A stretch of DNA of 64,000 nucleotides from Patescibacteria group bacterium (GTDB lineage Bacteria > Patescibacteriota > Microgenomatia > UBA8517): assembly GCA_025999275.1 (NCBI GenBank), contig AP024680.1:419578-483577 (forward strand). The letters run 5' to 3'. The translations under genes and the position numbers were made by a program. The stretch's first letter is position 1, and every line of letters begins with the position of its first letter. Positions 18,748 through 28,274 of the stretch are shown in pieces. The notes beneath the pieces were generated by a model. The model had not been told where the DNA came from. It searched no databases and was given only the letters and a program-made list of their open reading frames with translations.

Positions 18748-19833
18748 ATGTTCAAAAAGGTAGACTTTTTTGTTTTATCTTTTCTTCTTTTTTCATTTTT
18801 TGTCATTCTCTTTTTTAGAAAACCTGATATCTTTCATTATCGTTTTAATGAGAGGTTAATCTCTGATTATTTGCGAAGCCAAGATATAGAGGATAAAGAA
18901 AGAAAAATAAAGGACAGAATATTTTTGTCAGATGCTGATATTTATCTTGCTTCTGGCGTTCTTTATGCCATGGGAGAGGATCCAACAAAATTTAATTTCC
19001 AACATCCTCCTTTGGTTAAATATCTTTTTGGTTTTTCTAATCTATATTTTGGCAATCCTTACTATGTGCAAGTATTTTTTTCATCCTTAATTATTATTTT
19101 GACTTATATCTTGGGTCTAAAAATTTTTAAAAGCAGAAAAGTTGCTTTTTTATCATCTTTAATGTTAACTTTTGATCCGATTTTACTTTCAACCACTTCA
19201 CAAACTCTTCTTGATAACACAAATACAGCTTTTTCTTTGTTATTTGTTTTATTGTTTCTTTTATTTCCTAACAACTTTATTCTTAACGGCATTGTCTTGG
19301 GTCTTCTTTTTGCCTCCAAGTTTTGGAGTACTAGTTTGATTTTGGTCATTTTTGTTTTTGCTTATCATTATTTTGTTTTAAAGAAGAAGATTAAACCAAG
19401 GTCTATTTTTTTAACTTTTTTGATTGCTGTTTTCGTTTTTTGTCTTTTTTATCTGAAGACTTTTGTCAATCATGGTGGAAAATTTAATATTTTATTTTTT
19501 GAAATTAAGAATTTAAAATTTATGCTTTCTCACAATAGCTCGCCTGTTCTTGGCAATTCCTTGATTCTTTTTTTGACTGGTCATTTTGTTGATTGGTGGG
19601 GAAGCGGGAAGTGGCTTTCTGCTGATGTTTGGAGTTTTCTTTGGCCAGTTTCTTTTTTGTTTGTTTTGCTGAATCTTAAAAAAGGTTTAAAGGAAAAAGA
19701 GAAGGGCTTGTTTTTTCTTTATCCCTTTGTCTTCTTTTTAACCAGTCTTTTTAACACCGCCTTTACCCGTTATTTTCTTCTAATTTTGCCTTTTTTCTAC
19801 CTCTCTTTTTCTTATTTATTAATAAAAAAATAA
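18748..19833 (+). CDS. GT-C fold membrane glycosyltransferase, PMT-like (short form)
   Basis: 'EDPTKFNFQHPPLVKYLFGFS' resembles the conserved HPPLgK loop of PMT/PMT_2 proteins; polytopic. Confidence 0.55.
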   Translation: MFKKVDFFVLSFLLFSFFVILFFRKPDIFHYRFNERLISDYLRSQDIEDKERKIKDRIFLSDADIYLASGVLYAMGEDPTKFNFQHPPLVKYLFGFSNLYFGNPYYVQVFFSSLIIILTYILGLKIFKSRKVAFLSSLMLTFDPILLSTTSQTLLDNTNTAFSLLFVLLFLLFPNNFILNGIVLGLLFASKFWSTSLILVIFVFAYHYFVLKKKIKPRSIFLTFLIAVFVFCLFYLKTFVNHGGKFNILFFEIKNLKFMLSHNSSPVLGNSLILFLTGHFVDWWGSGKWLSADVWSFLWPVSFLFVLLNLKKGLKEKEKGLFFLYPFVFFLTSLFNTAFTRYFLLILPFFYLSFSYLLIKK

Positions 19834-19852
19834 TGGTCAATGGTCAATGGTT
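19831..19852. repeat. heptamer tandem array TAATGGT-CAATGGT-CAATGGT
   Basis: same YAATGGT heptamer arrays recur at 44451-44486 (direct) and 44877-44910 (inverted). Confidence 0.7.
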
Positions 19853-19920
19853 GAGGGTTAATATTCGTCAGCTCCTTTTCCACTTCTATATTTTACTTGC
19901 TACTGTCTCTTGTCTCTGCT

Positions 19921-19998
19921 TTTCTACCCTCTTCTACCCTTCCACTCTTCTATTCTTCCGCTCTCTTCTACTCTTCCACTCTTCTACTCTTCCACTCT
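19921..19998. repeat. G-poor C/T-rich tandem repeat, about 4.5 copies of a 16-18 nt unit (CTCTTCTACTCTTCCACT)
   Basis: 19929-19946, 19947-19962, 19963-19980, 19981-19996 degenerate copies; top strand has a single G in about 90 nt. Confidence 0.75.
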
Positions 19999-20042
19999 TA
20001 TTTATCATTGACTGCTTTTGGCGGTTTTGTTTTAATTAGATT

Positions 20043-20366
20043 ATGCAGAAGGAAAATCATCAAGAATTTATAACTAAAGACTTTCTCCAAGAGTCTCTTC
20101 AAGATTTTGCTGATACAATTCTTGCGGGTATGTATGATATGTATAACAAGTTAGACAGAAGACTAATGAACGTCGAGGAAAGGTTAATGAATGTTGAAGG
20201 AAGATTAACAAACGTTGAGGAAAGGTTAACTTCGGTTGAGTGGCAGGTTGATTCTTTGAACAGAAAGTTTGAAGCCCAGCAAGTTAGGTTGGATAGGCAT
20301 GATAGTCGGATTTCCAAGCTTGAGAAAATTCACCCCAATGGCAAACATTCTTTGCCTGCCTATTAG
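20043..20366 (+). CDS. small coiled-coil protein with four in-frame 21-nt (heptad) tandem repeats
   Basis: 'RLMNVEE RLMNVEG RLTNVEE RLTSVEW' encoded by 20159-20242 (4 x 21 nt). Confidence 0.5.
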   Translation: MQKENHQEFITKDFLQESLQDFADTILAGMYDMYNKLDRRLMNVEERLMNVEGRLTNVEERLTSVEWQVDSLNRKFEAQQVRLDRHDSRISKLEKIHPNGKHSLPAY

Positions 20367-20469
20367 CATTTGTTTTAATTAAGGGTGGCTTTTATAGCGC
20401 CCTACTTTCTACCCATCTAGCCTCTTCTTTCTGACATGGTTATTATCTAGAATTTATTCTCTTACCCCT

Positions 20470-20510
20470 TACCCATACCCCATAATTCTTAAATCTTAAA
20501 TCCACAACCT
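20470..20510. repeat. direct repeat copy A (TACCCCATAATTCTTAAATCTTAAATC)
   Basis: shares 'CCCCATAATT...ATCTTAAATC' with copies at 21626-21668 and 22049-22102. Confidence 0.6.
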
Positions 20511-21531
20511 AAAATTTATTATCTACAGCATTTCTTTGGATTATTATTTCTTTAAATGCTTGGATAAATGATATTGCTGTTATGAAGAATCTTCCGTTTT
20601 CAAGCAAAATTGGCTTTAATGTTAGGTAGTAGTAATTTTCTTTCTGATATTTTTGCCCATAGAATTGGTTATGGAGATTCGCGTAAAGCTTGCTTGGTTT
20701 TTTGGCATTGTTTTTATAAATAAAATATTCAAATAATCCATTTACAATAAGATCTTTTGTTTTAAACCACAGATAAGCCCAGAATTCTTCTTCTGGTGCA
20801 ATTTTCCTTGCAAGCTCTAAAGCAAATCTGTGAGCGTATTTTTCTTTTTGATAGTTGGTTAGCAAGAGATGATTTTTGTTTTCTTTTATCATTTCCATTT
20901 CTTGTCGTGCATGTCCTAACTCGTGTATGAAAGTGAATATAGAGGGTATTGTTTTATATTTTAGACTGCATCTTATTTCAAATATTTTTTTGTTCTTGTT
21001 GTAAAGGCAGGAGGCTTCTTCATCTTTTATTATTTTTATTTTTTTGATTATTTCTTTTGCTAAAGGGTCTGATTCTTGCCAAATTTTATATACTTCTTCC
21101 AATTGGTATTCCTTTTGAGATTTGTGTTTAGGGAAAGTTAAGTAGTGTTCCGACCAGTATTCTTTTGGCAATCCCTTTTTGAATCTTACTTTTTGATTTA
21201 TGAATGATGTAATTTTTTGGGAGTCTTTGACCAAATTTTCAAGATTTTTCTGAGGGATTTTGTTGTTTTTTGCTAATTCATCGATGAAGTTTTTATATCC
21301 TTTATGTACTGAGGATTTTTTTAGGAAGTCTGTAAATTTACAGAAATATTTTTCTGCCTCTTTTAAGTCTTTTTTGTAAGCCTCAAACCTTTTTAATTTC
21401 TGTTTGTAGCTGATTTTTGCGACTAATATCTTTCTTATCTTATTTGCTTTTTCTTCTGGTATTAAGTTTCTTATTTTTTGAAGTTCAATTGCAGCATCAA
21501 AGAGAGCGGCTTTATAGTATATGTTTATCAT
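20509..21531 (-). CDS. hypothetical protein with HExxH zincin-type motif (putative metallopeptidase)
   Basis: 'FTFIHELGHARQEME'; Lys-rich N-terminal half; no other recognisable family. Confidence 0.4.
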   Translation of the reverse strand: MINIYYKAALFDAAIELQKIRNLIPEEKANKIRKILVAKISYKQKLKRFEAYKKDLKEAEKYFCKFTDFLKKSSVHKGYKNFIDELAKNNKIPQKNLENLVKDSQKITSFINQKVRFKKGLPKEYWSEHYLTFPKHKSQKEYQLEEVYKIWQESDPLAKEIIKKIKIIKDEEASCLYNKNKKIFEIRCSLKYKTIPSIFTFIHELGHARQEMEMIKENKNHLLLTNYQKEKYAHRFALELARKIAPEEEFWAYLWFKTKDLIVNGLFEYFIYKNNAKKPSKLYANLHNQFYGQKYQKENYYYLTLKPILLENGRFFITAISFIQAFKEIIIQRNAVDNKF

Positions 21532-21625
21532 TTTTAAATTTGATTGATTTTATCAAATATTTTATTTTTTTCTTTCATTTAATTGCAGATTGATTGACGG
21601 TTTTATTTTGAGTGTGTTTTCTTTT

Positions 21626-21668
21626 TCCCAATAATTCATAATTCATAAATCTTAAATCATAAATCATA
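21626..21668. repeat. direct repeat copy B (CCCAATAATTCATAATTCATAAATCTTAAATCATAAATCAT)
   Basis: see copy A. Confidence 0.6.
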
Positions 21669-22048
21669 TTTATCTATTTAGGATTTATTTTGCTCTTATA
21701 TTATTCCAGCACTTCACTTTTAAGAAGCATTGCTTGTTTTATCCAGAAGTCTTGCCAAATTTCTTCAAGAAGACTCTTTTGTGTTGGTGTGAGTATGGTT
21801 TTTACCATAACCAAGAGGAAAGAACTTTCTTTCTTTTTGGGTCAATATCAAGCTTATCCCAATATTTTCTCAATAGTTTTTCTTTTATTTTTTTACCTCT
21901 GAGGCCAAAGTTTATTTGCTGCTCTAGTTTCCAGATTATATATTTTTCTTTGTCTTTTTTTAATTTTTTGGTATCTACACTCCAGTTATACATAGTTAAT
22001 TATGTCATTTTAGCTTTCCTTTTTCTTTATAGAATTATAGTCAAAATT

Positions 22049-22102
22049 ATTCTCTTAATCCTTACCCCGTACCCCATAATTAATAATTCATAGATCTTAA
22101 AT
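22049..22102. repeat. direct repeat copy C (CCTTACCCCGTACCCCATAATTAATAATTCATAGATCTTAAATCAT)
   Basis: see copy A; followed by (ATTTTGCAT/ATTTTGAAT) x4 and a TGTATAAT -10-like box before GT2 start 22190. Confidence 0.6.
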
Positions 22103-22189
22103 CATTTTTCCAATTTTTGACTTTTGAATTGTAATTTTGCATTTTGCATTTTGAATTTTGAATTATTATTTTGCTGTATAATATTCCCA

Positions 22190-22960
22190 ATGGCGCGCTA
22201 CCCTAAAATTTCAATTGTTGTTCCTTCTTTTAACAAAGTAGATTTTATTAAAGACACTTTGCGATCAATTGTTTCTCAAAAATATCCCAATTTAGAGGTG
22301 ATAATTCAAGATGGGGGATCAACAGATGGAACTTTAGAGGTAGTTAAAAAATATCAGAAGAAATACCCCAAGGTTTTTAAAGTTGAAAGTAAAAAAGATA
22401 AAGGCCAGCTTGATGCAATAAACAAAGGGCTAAAGAAGGCAACAGGGGAAATATTAAGTTTTATCAACGCGGATGATTTTTATGAAGATAAGGCTTTTTA
22501 TAAGGTGGCAGATTTTTATCTTAAAAATAAAGATGCTTTATGGTTTGCCGGAAAGGGGAGAGTGGTTAATAGAGAAGGGAAAGAAATTGCCAAAATCGCC
22601 ACACTTTATAAAAATTTTCTTTTGAACCTTTCTAATATTCAATTTCTACTTGTTACCAATTATCTTTTTCAGCCTTCAGTTTTTATAACTCGCAAAGCCT
22701 ACAATAAATACGGCCCTTTTACAGGCACTAAAACTGCGGTTATGGAATACGATTTATGGCTTAAACTTTTTTCAGTTTCAAAGCCAGTGGTTATTCCTTA
22801 CTATCTTTCCTCGTTTCGCCTTTACAAAGGTTCAATTTCAACTTCAAAATTCAAAGATATGATGAAAGAAGATGAAAAAATAGCCAAAAAATATACATCT
22901 GATCCTTTGGTTTTACTTCTTCATAAAATGCACAACTTAGCAAAATTTTTCTGGGCATAA
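22190..22960 (+). CDS. glycosyltransferase family 2
   Basis: 'KISIVVPSFNKVDFIKDTLRSI...EVIIQDGGSTDGT...FINADDF'; start at internal ATG 22190 of track ORF 22124. Confidence 0.85.
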   Translation: MARYPKISIVVPSFNKVDFIKDTLRSIVSQKYPNLEVIIQDGGSTDGTLEVVKKYQKKYPKVFKVESKKDKGQLDAINKGLKKATGEILSFINADDFYEDKAFYKVADFYLKNKDALWFAGKGRVVNREGKEIAKIATLYKNFLLNLSNIQFLLVTNYLFQPSVFITRKAYNKYGPFTGTKTAVMEYDLWLKLFSVSKPVVIPYYLSSFRLYKGSISTSKFKDMMKEDEKIAKKYTSDPLVLLLHKMHNLAKFFWA

Positions 22961-23019
22961 TTTGTTTTTAATTGAGATTTAGATAATTAAATTATAATAT
23001 TGTTTTAAGATTCTAATAT

Positions 23020-23727
23020 ATGTTTTTATCAATAATCTTGCCAGCTAGGAATGAAGAATTTTTAATTAGGGATACTCTTAAGGATATCACCTCTTTTCTC
23101 TCTAAAAGAAAGATTAATGATTATGAAATTTTGGTTGTATTAAATGGTTGTACTGATGGAACCGAAGGTATTGTTAGAGAATTAAATAAGAAAAACTCGA
23201 GGATAAAAATTTTAAAATCAGATCCTGGTTATGGGTTAGCTTTAAGAAAAGGGCTGGAAGGATCTAGAGGTAGATATGTTGTGGTTTTTAATGTAGATTT
23301 CTATGATTTAAAGATGATAGATCTGGCAAGTATAGATTTATACGGTAAGGATTTAATCATTGGTTCCAAAATGACCCACTGGTCTGCGGATAAAAGACCT
23401 CTTTTAAGAAGAACAATTTCCTATCTCTTTAATTTGTATTTGAGGCTTTTTTATGGCTTTAAAGGAAGCGATACTCATGGTATTAAGATAATGAAGAGAG
23501 AAGTTGTAAAGAAGGTTCTTCCTAAATGTGTGACAGATAGTGGTATTTTTGATACAGAATTTGTTTTAATAGCACAATATCTTGGATTTAAGTTTGCAGA
23601 TTTTCCTGTGGAGATTGTAGAGAAAAGGCCCCCCAGATTTTCAAAGAGAATGTTAAAAACACCATCTGATTTATTTAACTTACATCGTGTATTAATAGGA
23701 AATGATTTTAAAAATGAAATCAAATAA
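23020..23727 (+). CDS. GT2-family glycosyltransferase, DPM1/GtrB-like (polyprenyl-phosphate sugar synthase-like)
   Basis: 'LSIILPARNEEFLIRDTLKDI...ILVVLNGCTDGT'. Confidence 0.7.
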   Translation: MFLSIILPARNEEFLIRDTLKDITSFLSKRKINDYEILVVLNGCTDGTEGIVRELNKKNSRIKILKSDPGYGLALRKGLEGSRGRYVVVFNVDFYDLKMIDLASIDLYGKDLIIGSKMTHWSADKRPLLRRTISYLFNLYLRLFYGFKGSDTHGIKIMKREVVKKVLPKCVTDSGIFDTEFVLIAQYLGFKFADFPVEIVEKRPPRFSKRMLKTPSDLFNLHRVLIGNDFKNEIK

Positions 23728-25762
23728 CAAAAAAAATAATTTAAATTGGAAGAAGCCGATATTTGTTTTTTTTGTTTTTTTGGTGTTTTTACTTGTTATC
23801 TCAGAGGTTTTTATATATCCTGGCGTTGTTTTTAATAAATTGGGTATTAGAATTGAACTTTTTTTAGTTTTTTATTTTCTCCTGGTTGCTTTTTATAAAT
23901 TTAGTATTCCCAAGTCTTTTAATAAAATACTTTTATTTTCAACATGTTTAATTTTCTTGGGGTATTTATTCTTAGGTATCCAAGAAAAAATTAATTTTAA
24001 AAATTTTGTTTTTTCTAGATATCACATTTCTTTAACCCCATTGAGTTATTTGATTATGTTTCTTTCTTCATTTTTGTTTTTTGGTAATATTCAGAAAATA
24101 TCACCCAAAATCTTGGTTGATAGTTTTGAAAGATTTTTAGGTAAGTTTGAGGGATTTAGAAGATACTTTATTTTTTTGGGTAATATAGTCTCATTTTTGA
24201 ATTGGAAAAGAGTGTGGTTTTTGTTTATTTTTTCTTTCGTTTTTAGTTTTTTCATTTTTAGAGAGAATTTTGGATCAAGTTGGTCAATTATAGATGATCA
24301 TGAAATTGCTTATTTTTTAGGTAGTGATAAGAAAATTTTGGTTAATGAAATTCCAGGTTTAATCTTAAAAACTGAGGTTGGAAAATTTGGTGAAGCTTTG
24401 AGATTTAGGCCTTCTTATTATTTCTTAAGAATAGTTGAAAGTGCTTTGTGGAGGGACAATCCTTTACTTTGGTATGTCACTTTATTTTTAATACTTGTGA
24501 TTTTTGTATTTACCGTTTCTTATTTAATTTCTTCTTTTTTTGGATTCTTTGTAGGTATTGCTTTTACTATGTTTATTATGACAGATGTTTATTGGGCTGA
24601 TATTTTAGCTAGACTTGGGCCTGGGGAGATTTATGTTCTTCTTGGATTGTCTCTATATTCATTGGCGTTTTATAAAATATTTGTGCAAAAATCTGAAAAA
24701 TCTATCTACTGTCTGCTTTTTTTCTTGGGAGGCGTTATTGCTATAGGTTCTAAAGAGAATATGGTGATTTTGATGTTGCCTACTTTTTATCTAATCTTTA
24801 GTAGACTTAGATATCTTAAAAGTAGGCCATTTTTACTTTTAATGTGTGTATTACAGATTATTTTTTCCCTTTGGGTTTTTCTTGCTGTTTACCTTTCGAT
24901 TAGTAAATCTGGTCAAAATGTTTATGGGCAGAGTGTTGGTATTGGCAGTCTTTATCAAACCAGCATTTTGTCTTTTGAAAAGACGGTGAAGGAGTTAAAT
25001 CTTCCCTTTATTTTATTTGTTGTATTAATTATTTTTAGATTTTTGGGCATAAGCAAATCGATAAAACTTTTGATTAATAGCAATGGTGTTGTTTTCTTAT
25101 TTTTCTTCTTAATTTTTGGTTATATGTCTCAAATTGTTTTTTACTCTGGCGGTTTTCCGACCGGAATTAGGTATGATTTTCCTGGTGTTTTATTTAAGTA
25201 TCTTTTTTGGTTAACCAGTTTTTATATATTTATTTTGTCTTTTGAATCTTTTTTATACGAGTATAAATTTAGTTTTAAGAATTTTATTGTTCTTGTTTCA
25301 AGATTTTTGTTAGTAGTTATTCTTTTATATGAAGTAGCCACAAAAGGTTATTCAAACCTGATACTAGTGGAAAGAAAGGCTAGGGAAATTACTAATGCTT
25401 TTAACAATAAAGTAATTGATTTATCAAGTATTGCCAATAACAATCCCGATTATTTGATTATCTTTAGATCAGAAAACCCTTGGGATTATGAGCCTATTTT
25501 TTCTATGCAGAGATTTCTAGAATTTCAGGGTGTTAAGAATTTGATTGTTTTAAAATATACAGATAGTGATTTTGAGAACAGATCTGGTTTAACTAAGTTT
25601 CTTTCAGAAGAATTGTTTGAAGTTTCTAAAAATGGTGATAAAGAAAAAGGTTTTGCTGTTTTTAACCAACTTTATTTTGATAAATTTAGAAAAAGATGTA
25701 TATTGGTTTTATTTAGTAATGCTAAGGAGGATTTAAATTGTGAATACAAAATTTCTATTTAA
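23702..25762 (+). CDS. large polytopic membrane protein (686 aa), unknown function, possibly GT-C-like
   Basis: many TM helices; A8 run at 23735-23742 near 5' end. Confidence 0.45.
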   Translation: MILKMKSNNKKNNLNWKKPIFVFFVFLVFLLVISEVFIYPGVVFNKLGIRIELFLVFYFLLVAFYKFSIPKSFNKILLFSTCLIFLGYLFLGIQEKINFKNFVFSRYHISLTPLSYLIMFLSSFLFFGNIQKISPKILVDSFERFLGKFEGFRRYFIFLGNIVSFLNWKRVWFLFIFSFVFSFFIFRENFGSSWSIIDDHEIAYFLGSDKKILVNEIPGLILKTEVGKFGEALRFRPSYYFLRIVESALWRDNPLLWYVTLFLILVIFVFTVSYLISSFFGFFVGIAFTMFIMTDVYWADILARLGPGEIYVLLGLSLYSLAFYKIFVQKSEKSIYCLLFFLGGVIAIGSKENMVILMLPTFYLIFSRLRYLKSRPFLLLMCVLQIIFSLWVFLAVYLSISKSGQNVYGQSVGIGSLYQTSILSFEKTVKELNLPFILFVVLIIFRFLGISKSIKLLINSNGVVFLFFFLIFGYMSQIVFYSGGFPTGIRYDFPGVLFKYLFWLTSFYIFILSFESFLYEYKFSFKNFIVLVSRFLLVVILLYEVATKGYSNLILVERKAREITNAFNNKVIDLSSIANNNPDYLIIFRSENPWDYEPIFSMQRFLEFQGVKNLIVLKYTDSDFENRSGLTKFLSEELFEVSKNGDKEKGFAVFNQLYFDKFRKRCILVLFSNAKEDLNCEYKISI

Positions 25763-26738
25763 CAAAATAGTTATTTTTCTTGAAAAATATTTGAATATTT
25801 TTTTAAGTCGTCTTCTTGTTATTAACAAGATTCTGTTCCCGTATCTTATCAGTTTGACTTGTTTTTTCCTTTTTCTTGAATCTTATACCTATATTGGTTT
25901 TTTGAGGAAGTTTTTTCTTGTTGATTCGAGATTTTTCTTGATTTTGTCAATTTTTTCTGTTTCTCTTCTTTTTTATCTTAAACATGCACGAAAAGATTAC
26001 AAAGCTGATGCTCTTGAAAGTCTTGTCGTCAACTTAAACGCAGTCTTATTTTTACCCTTTGTTGTTTTATATTTTATTATGATTGCCACCAATGCTGCCA
26101 ATTACCCCAATTATGTCTTTGCAAATTATCACATCCAGCCTCAAAATTTTGTTAACTTGGTTTATTTATCATTTGTTATTTTTTTATTTAAAGTAGACCT
26201 ATTTTCCACAAAAGATGAGATAAATAAGTACCTAGCTTCTTTGAAGTTGTATTTAAAAAAATATTATTTATCTGTTGGAAACCTAAAAATCAACAGATCA
26301 AGATTCGCTTTTATTGAGATTGTTAAAAAGATGGGACTTAATGTAATTTTTTTATTTTTGATTCTTTTTTATTTTGTAAGTAACTTTTTAAATACTTTTG
26401 ATGACATAACTTCAGATTTAGTTTTTATTTTAACTCACAGAAACTATACCTATGAACAGAAAATGGAAAGGAGATGGGGCCTTTTGTATAAGTTTATTAG
26501 TTTGATAGAAAGGAATACTAGACCTGGTGATTCAATTTTACTTCCTGAAAACAAGCCTCCTCATAGTGTAGATGGTAGGATTGAGTACTATCGTTATTTT
26601 TTGGGTGGTAGAAAGTTAGTCAGCTATCATGACGATTTGAATTTAAAAGATTATGATTATATTGTAATTACAAAAGGATATCTGCATTCAATATATGATG
26701 GACCTCCAAAAAAAAGATTATATTTGGCCGGATTTTGA
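25740..26738 (+). CDS. membrane protein with C-terminal soluble domain, unknown function
   Basis: GTG start at 25740 preceded by AAGGAGG (25724-25730) at 9-nt spacing. Confidence 0.5.
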   Translation: MNTKFLFNKIVIFLEKYLNIFLSRLLVINKILFPYLISLTCFFLFLESYTYIGFLRKFFLVDSRFFLILSIFSVSLLFYLKHARKDYKADALESLVVNLNAVLFLPFVVLYFIMIATNAANYPNYVFANYHIQPQNFVNLVYLSFVIFLFKVDLFSTKDEINKYLASLKLYLKKYYLSVGNLKINRSRFAFIEIVKKMGLNVIFLFLILFYFVSNFLNTFDDITSDLVFILTHRNYTYEQKMERRWGLLYKFISLIERNTRPGDSILLPENKPPHSVDGRIEYYRYFLGGRKLVSYHDDLNLKDYDYIVITKGYLHSIYDGPPKKRLYLAGF

Positions 26739-26870
26739 TGTTGATTCTGATAAGATAGTTTACCTATTTAGGCGAGAGGATGGAAATTATATAGAGAGGA
26801 TCTCAGATTTATCTTATAAACCCGATGACTATAGGTATGATGATGTTTGGGGCTTAATTAGAATCAAAAA

Positions 26871-28268
26871 ATGATATACCACATCTTAATGCAATTATTC
26901 TTTTTATTGATGATCTTGTTTCTTGGAATTAATGTAATAAGGCTTTTCCGTTTAAGAATGGGTTTGGCTGAAAACATTTCTTCTGGATTTATGCTTGGCG
27001 TCGGTCTGACGACTTTTGGGCTTTTTTTATTGGGTTTTGTTGGCTACAGATTTAATTTTGTTGGTATTTTTTTATTCTTGCTTTTTGGGAATCTAATATT
27101 TGTATTGATAAATTTGTCTTTGAGGAATAAATATTCTTTAGATCTCCATTTGGGTTTCCTAAAGAATCTTGATAAATTGGATAAGTTCTTTTTTGGGGGA
27201 ATTACATTTCTGTTTTTAACTTTGCTTATCAGGGATTTGTATTGGCCAATCTGGATGTGGGACTCAATCCAAATGTATGATTACAGAGCAAAACTTATTG
27301 TTCAAAGCCAGAGTATTTTTTTCTCAGCGCAATCTTTTTATGATGCTTTCTATCCTCTTTTAACTTCTCTCGTTCACTCAATTTTGTATGTAGCGGGAAG
27401 TAATAATCCACAGTATGTTTATTCGTTCTTTTTTCTAGCATTGGTCTTGGGTGTTTACTCTTATATTAGTAGATTAACTAGTAGAAAAGCAGCGTTGTTA
27501 ATATCATTTATAATATCTTTTCTGCCTATTTTTTATCGTAAATTCTTAAATCCAGAAACTTCTACCGTTTTTTCTATTTTTATTTTGTTTGGCACATTTT
27601 ACTTGATAAGGTGGATGCATAAAAACGATATTTCTTATTTGATTTTGGGGTCTGTCTTTTTTGCCTTTTCCAGATTTACCAGGAATGAACCACTGTGGCT
27701 GCCCATATCTTTATTGCTATTTGTTGTCGTATTAATAGGCAAACACAAATCTAATATCATCAATTTGGGAAAGTTTAGGCAAATATTATATATTTTAATT
27801 TTCTTTTTGATACCCAATTATTTAGTGGGGGTAATTTTTAAAAAGTACTTGTCGATTTACAATTTTCCGGAATCTTTGCGTTTTGACTCTCAATTTTCTT
27901 TTATAGGTTTGTTTTTGCAGTATATTTATGGTTTCAAGCTTAAATTTGTCTTAGATTCATTCTGCTTAGTTTTTAAATATACGATCTTTGATATAGTTTT
28001 ACCGATGATTGTGATTTTTTTCCTTGGTTTCAGAAAACATTTGGTTGGAGAAACTTATTATCTGTTTCTTGTTGTGTTTTTTTATCTTCTTACGCTTTTT
28101 GTTGGGACATTTTTTTATAGAATTATTTATTTCTACTCTGATTCTAATTTCTGGGCATTAGGAACTTCTCTTGCTAGGTTTGGTATGTTCTGGCAAGTGT
28201 TGGTTTTTGTTCTTGGGGGTTTGGTGTTAGGTGAGTGTTTCAGCCGTATTAATAAAGAAATCCGTTGA
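26871..28268 (+). CDS. polytopic membrane protein, unknown function
   Basis: 465 aa, about 12 hydrophobic helices. Confidence 0.45.
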   Translation: MIYHILMQLFFLLMILFLGINVIRLFRLRMGLAENISSGFMLGVGLTTFGLFLLGFVGYRFNFVGIFLFLLFGNLIFVLINLSLRNKYSLDLHLGFLKNLDKLDKFFFGGITFLFLTLLIRDLYWPIWMWDSIQMYDYRAKLIVQSQSIFFSAQSFYDAFYPLLTSLVHSILYVAGSNNPQYVYSFFFLALVLGVYSYISRLTSRKAALLISFIISFLPIFYRKFLNPETSTVFSIFILFGTFYLIRWMHKNDISYLILGSVFFAFSRFTRNEPLWLPISLLLFVVVLIGKHKSNIINLGKFRQILYILIFFLIPNYLVGVIFKKYLSIYNFPESLRFDSQFSFIGLFLQYIYGFKLKFVLDSFCLVFKYTIFDIVLPMIVIFFLGFRKHLVGETYYLFLVVFFYLLTLFVGTFFYRIIYFYSDSNFWALGTSLARFGMFWQVLVFVLGGLVLGECFSRINKEIR

Positions 28269-28274
28269 TAATTT

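Noticed and set aside
19833-20039. ORF 19833-20039 (68 aa, S/L/F/P-rich)
   Set aside because: It is simply the translation of the heptamer array and the C/T-rich tandem repeat, so it is more likely non-coding repeat DNA.
21690-22093. Overlapping small ORFs 21690-21902, 21734-22093 and antisense 21802-21993
   Set aside because: They are mutually overlapping and low-complexity, and sit in a repeat-rich stretch with no motif support. The antisense 63 aa Lys-rich ORF could be a gene remnant, but I cannot support a call.
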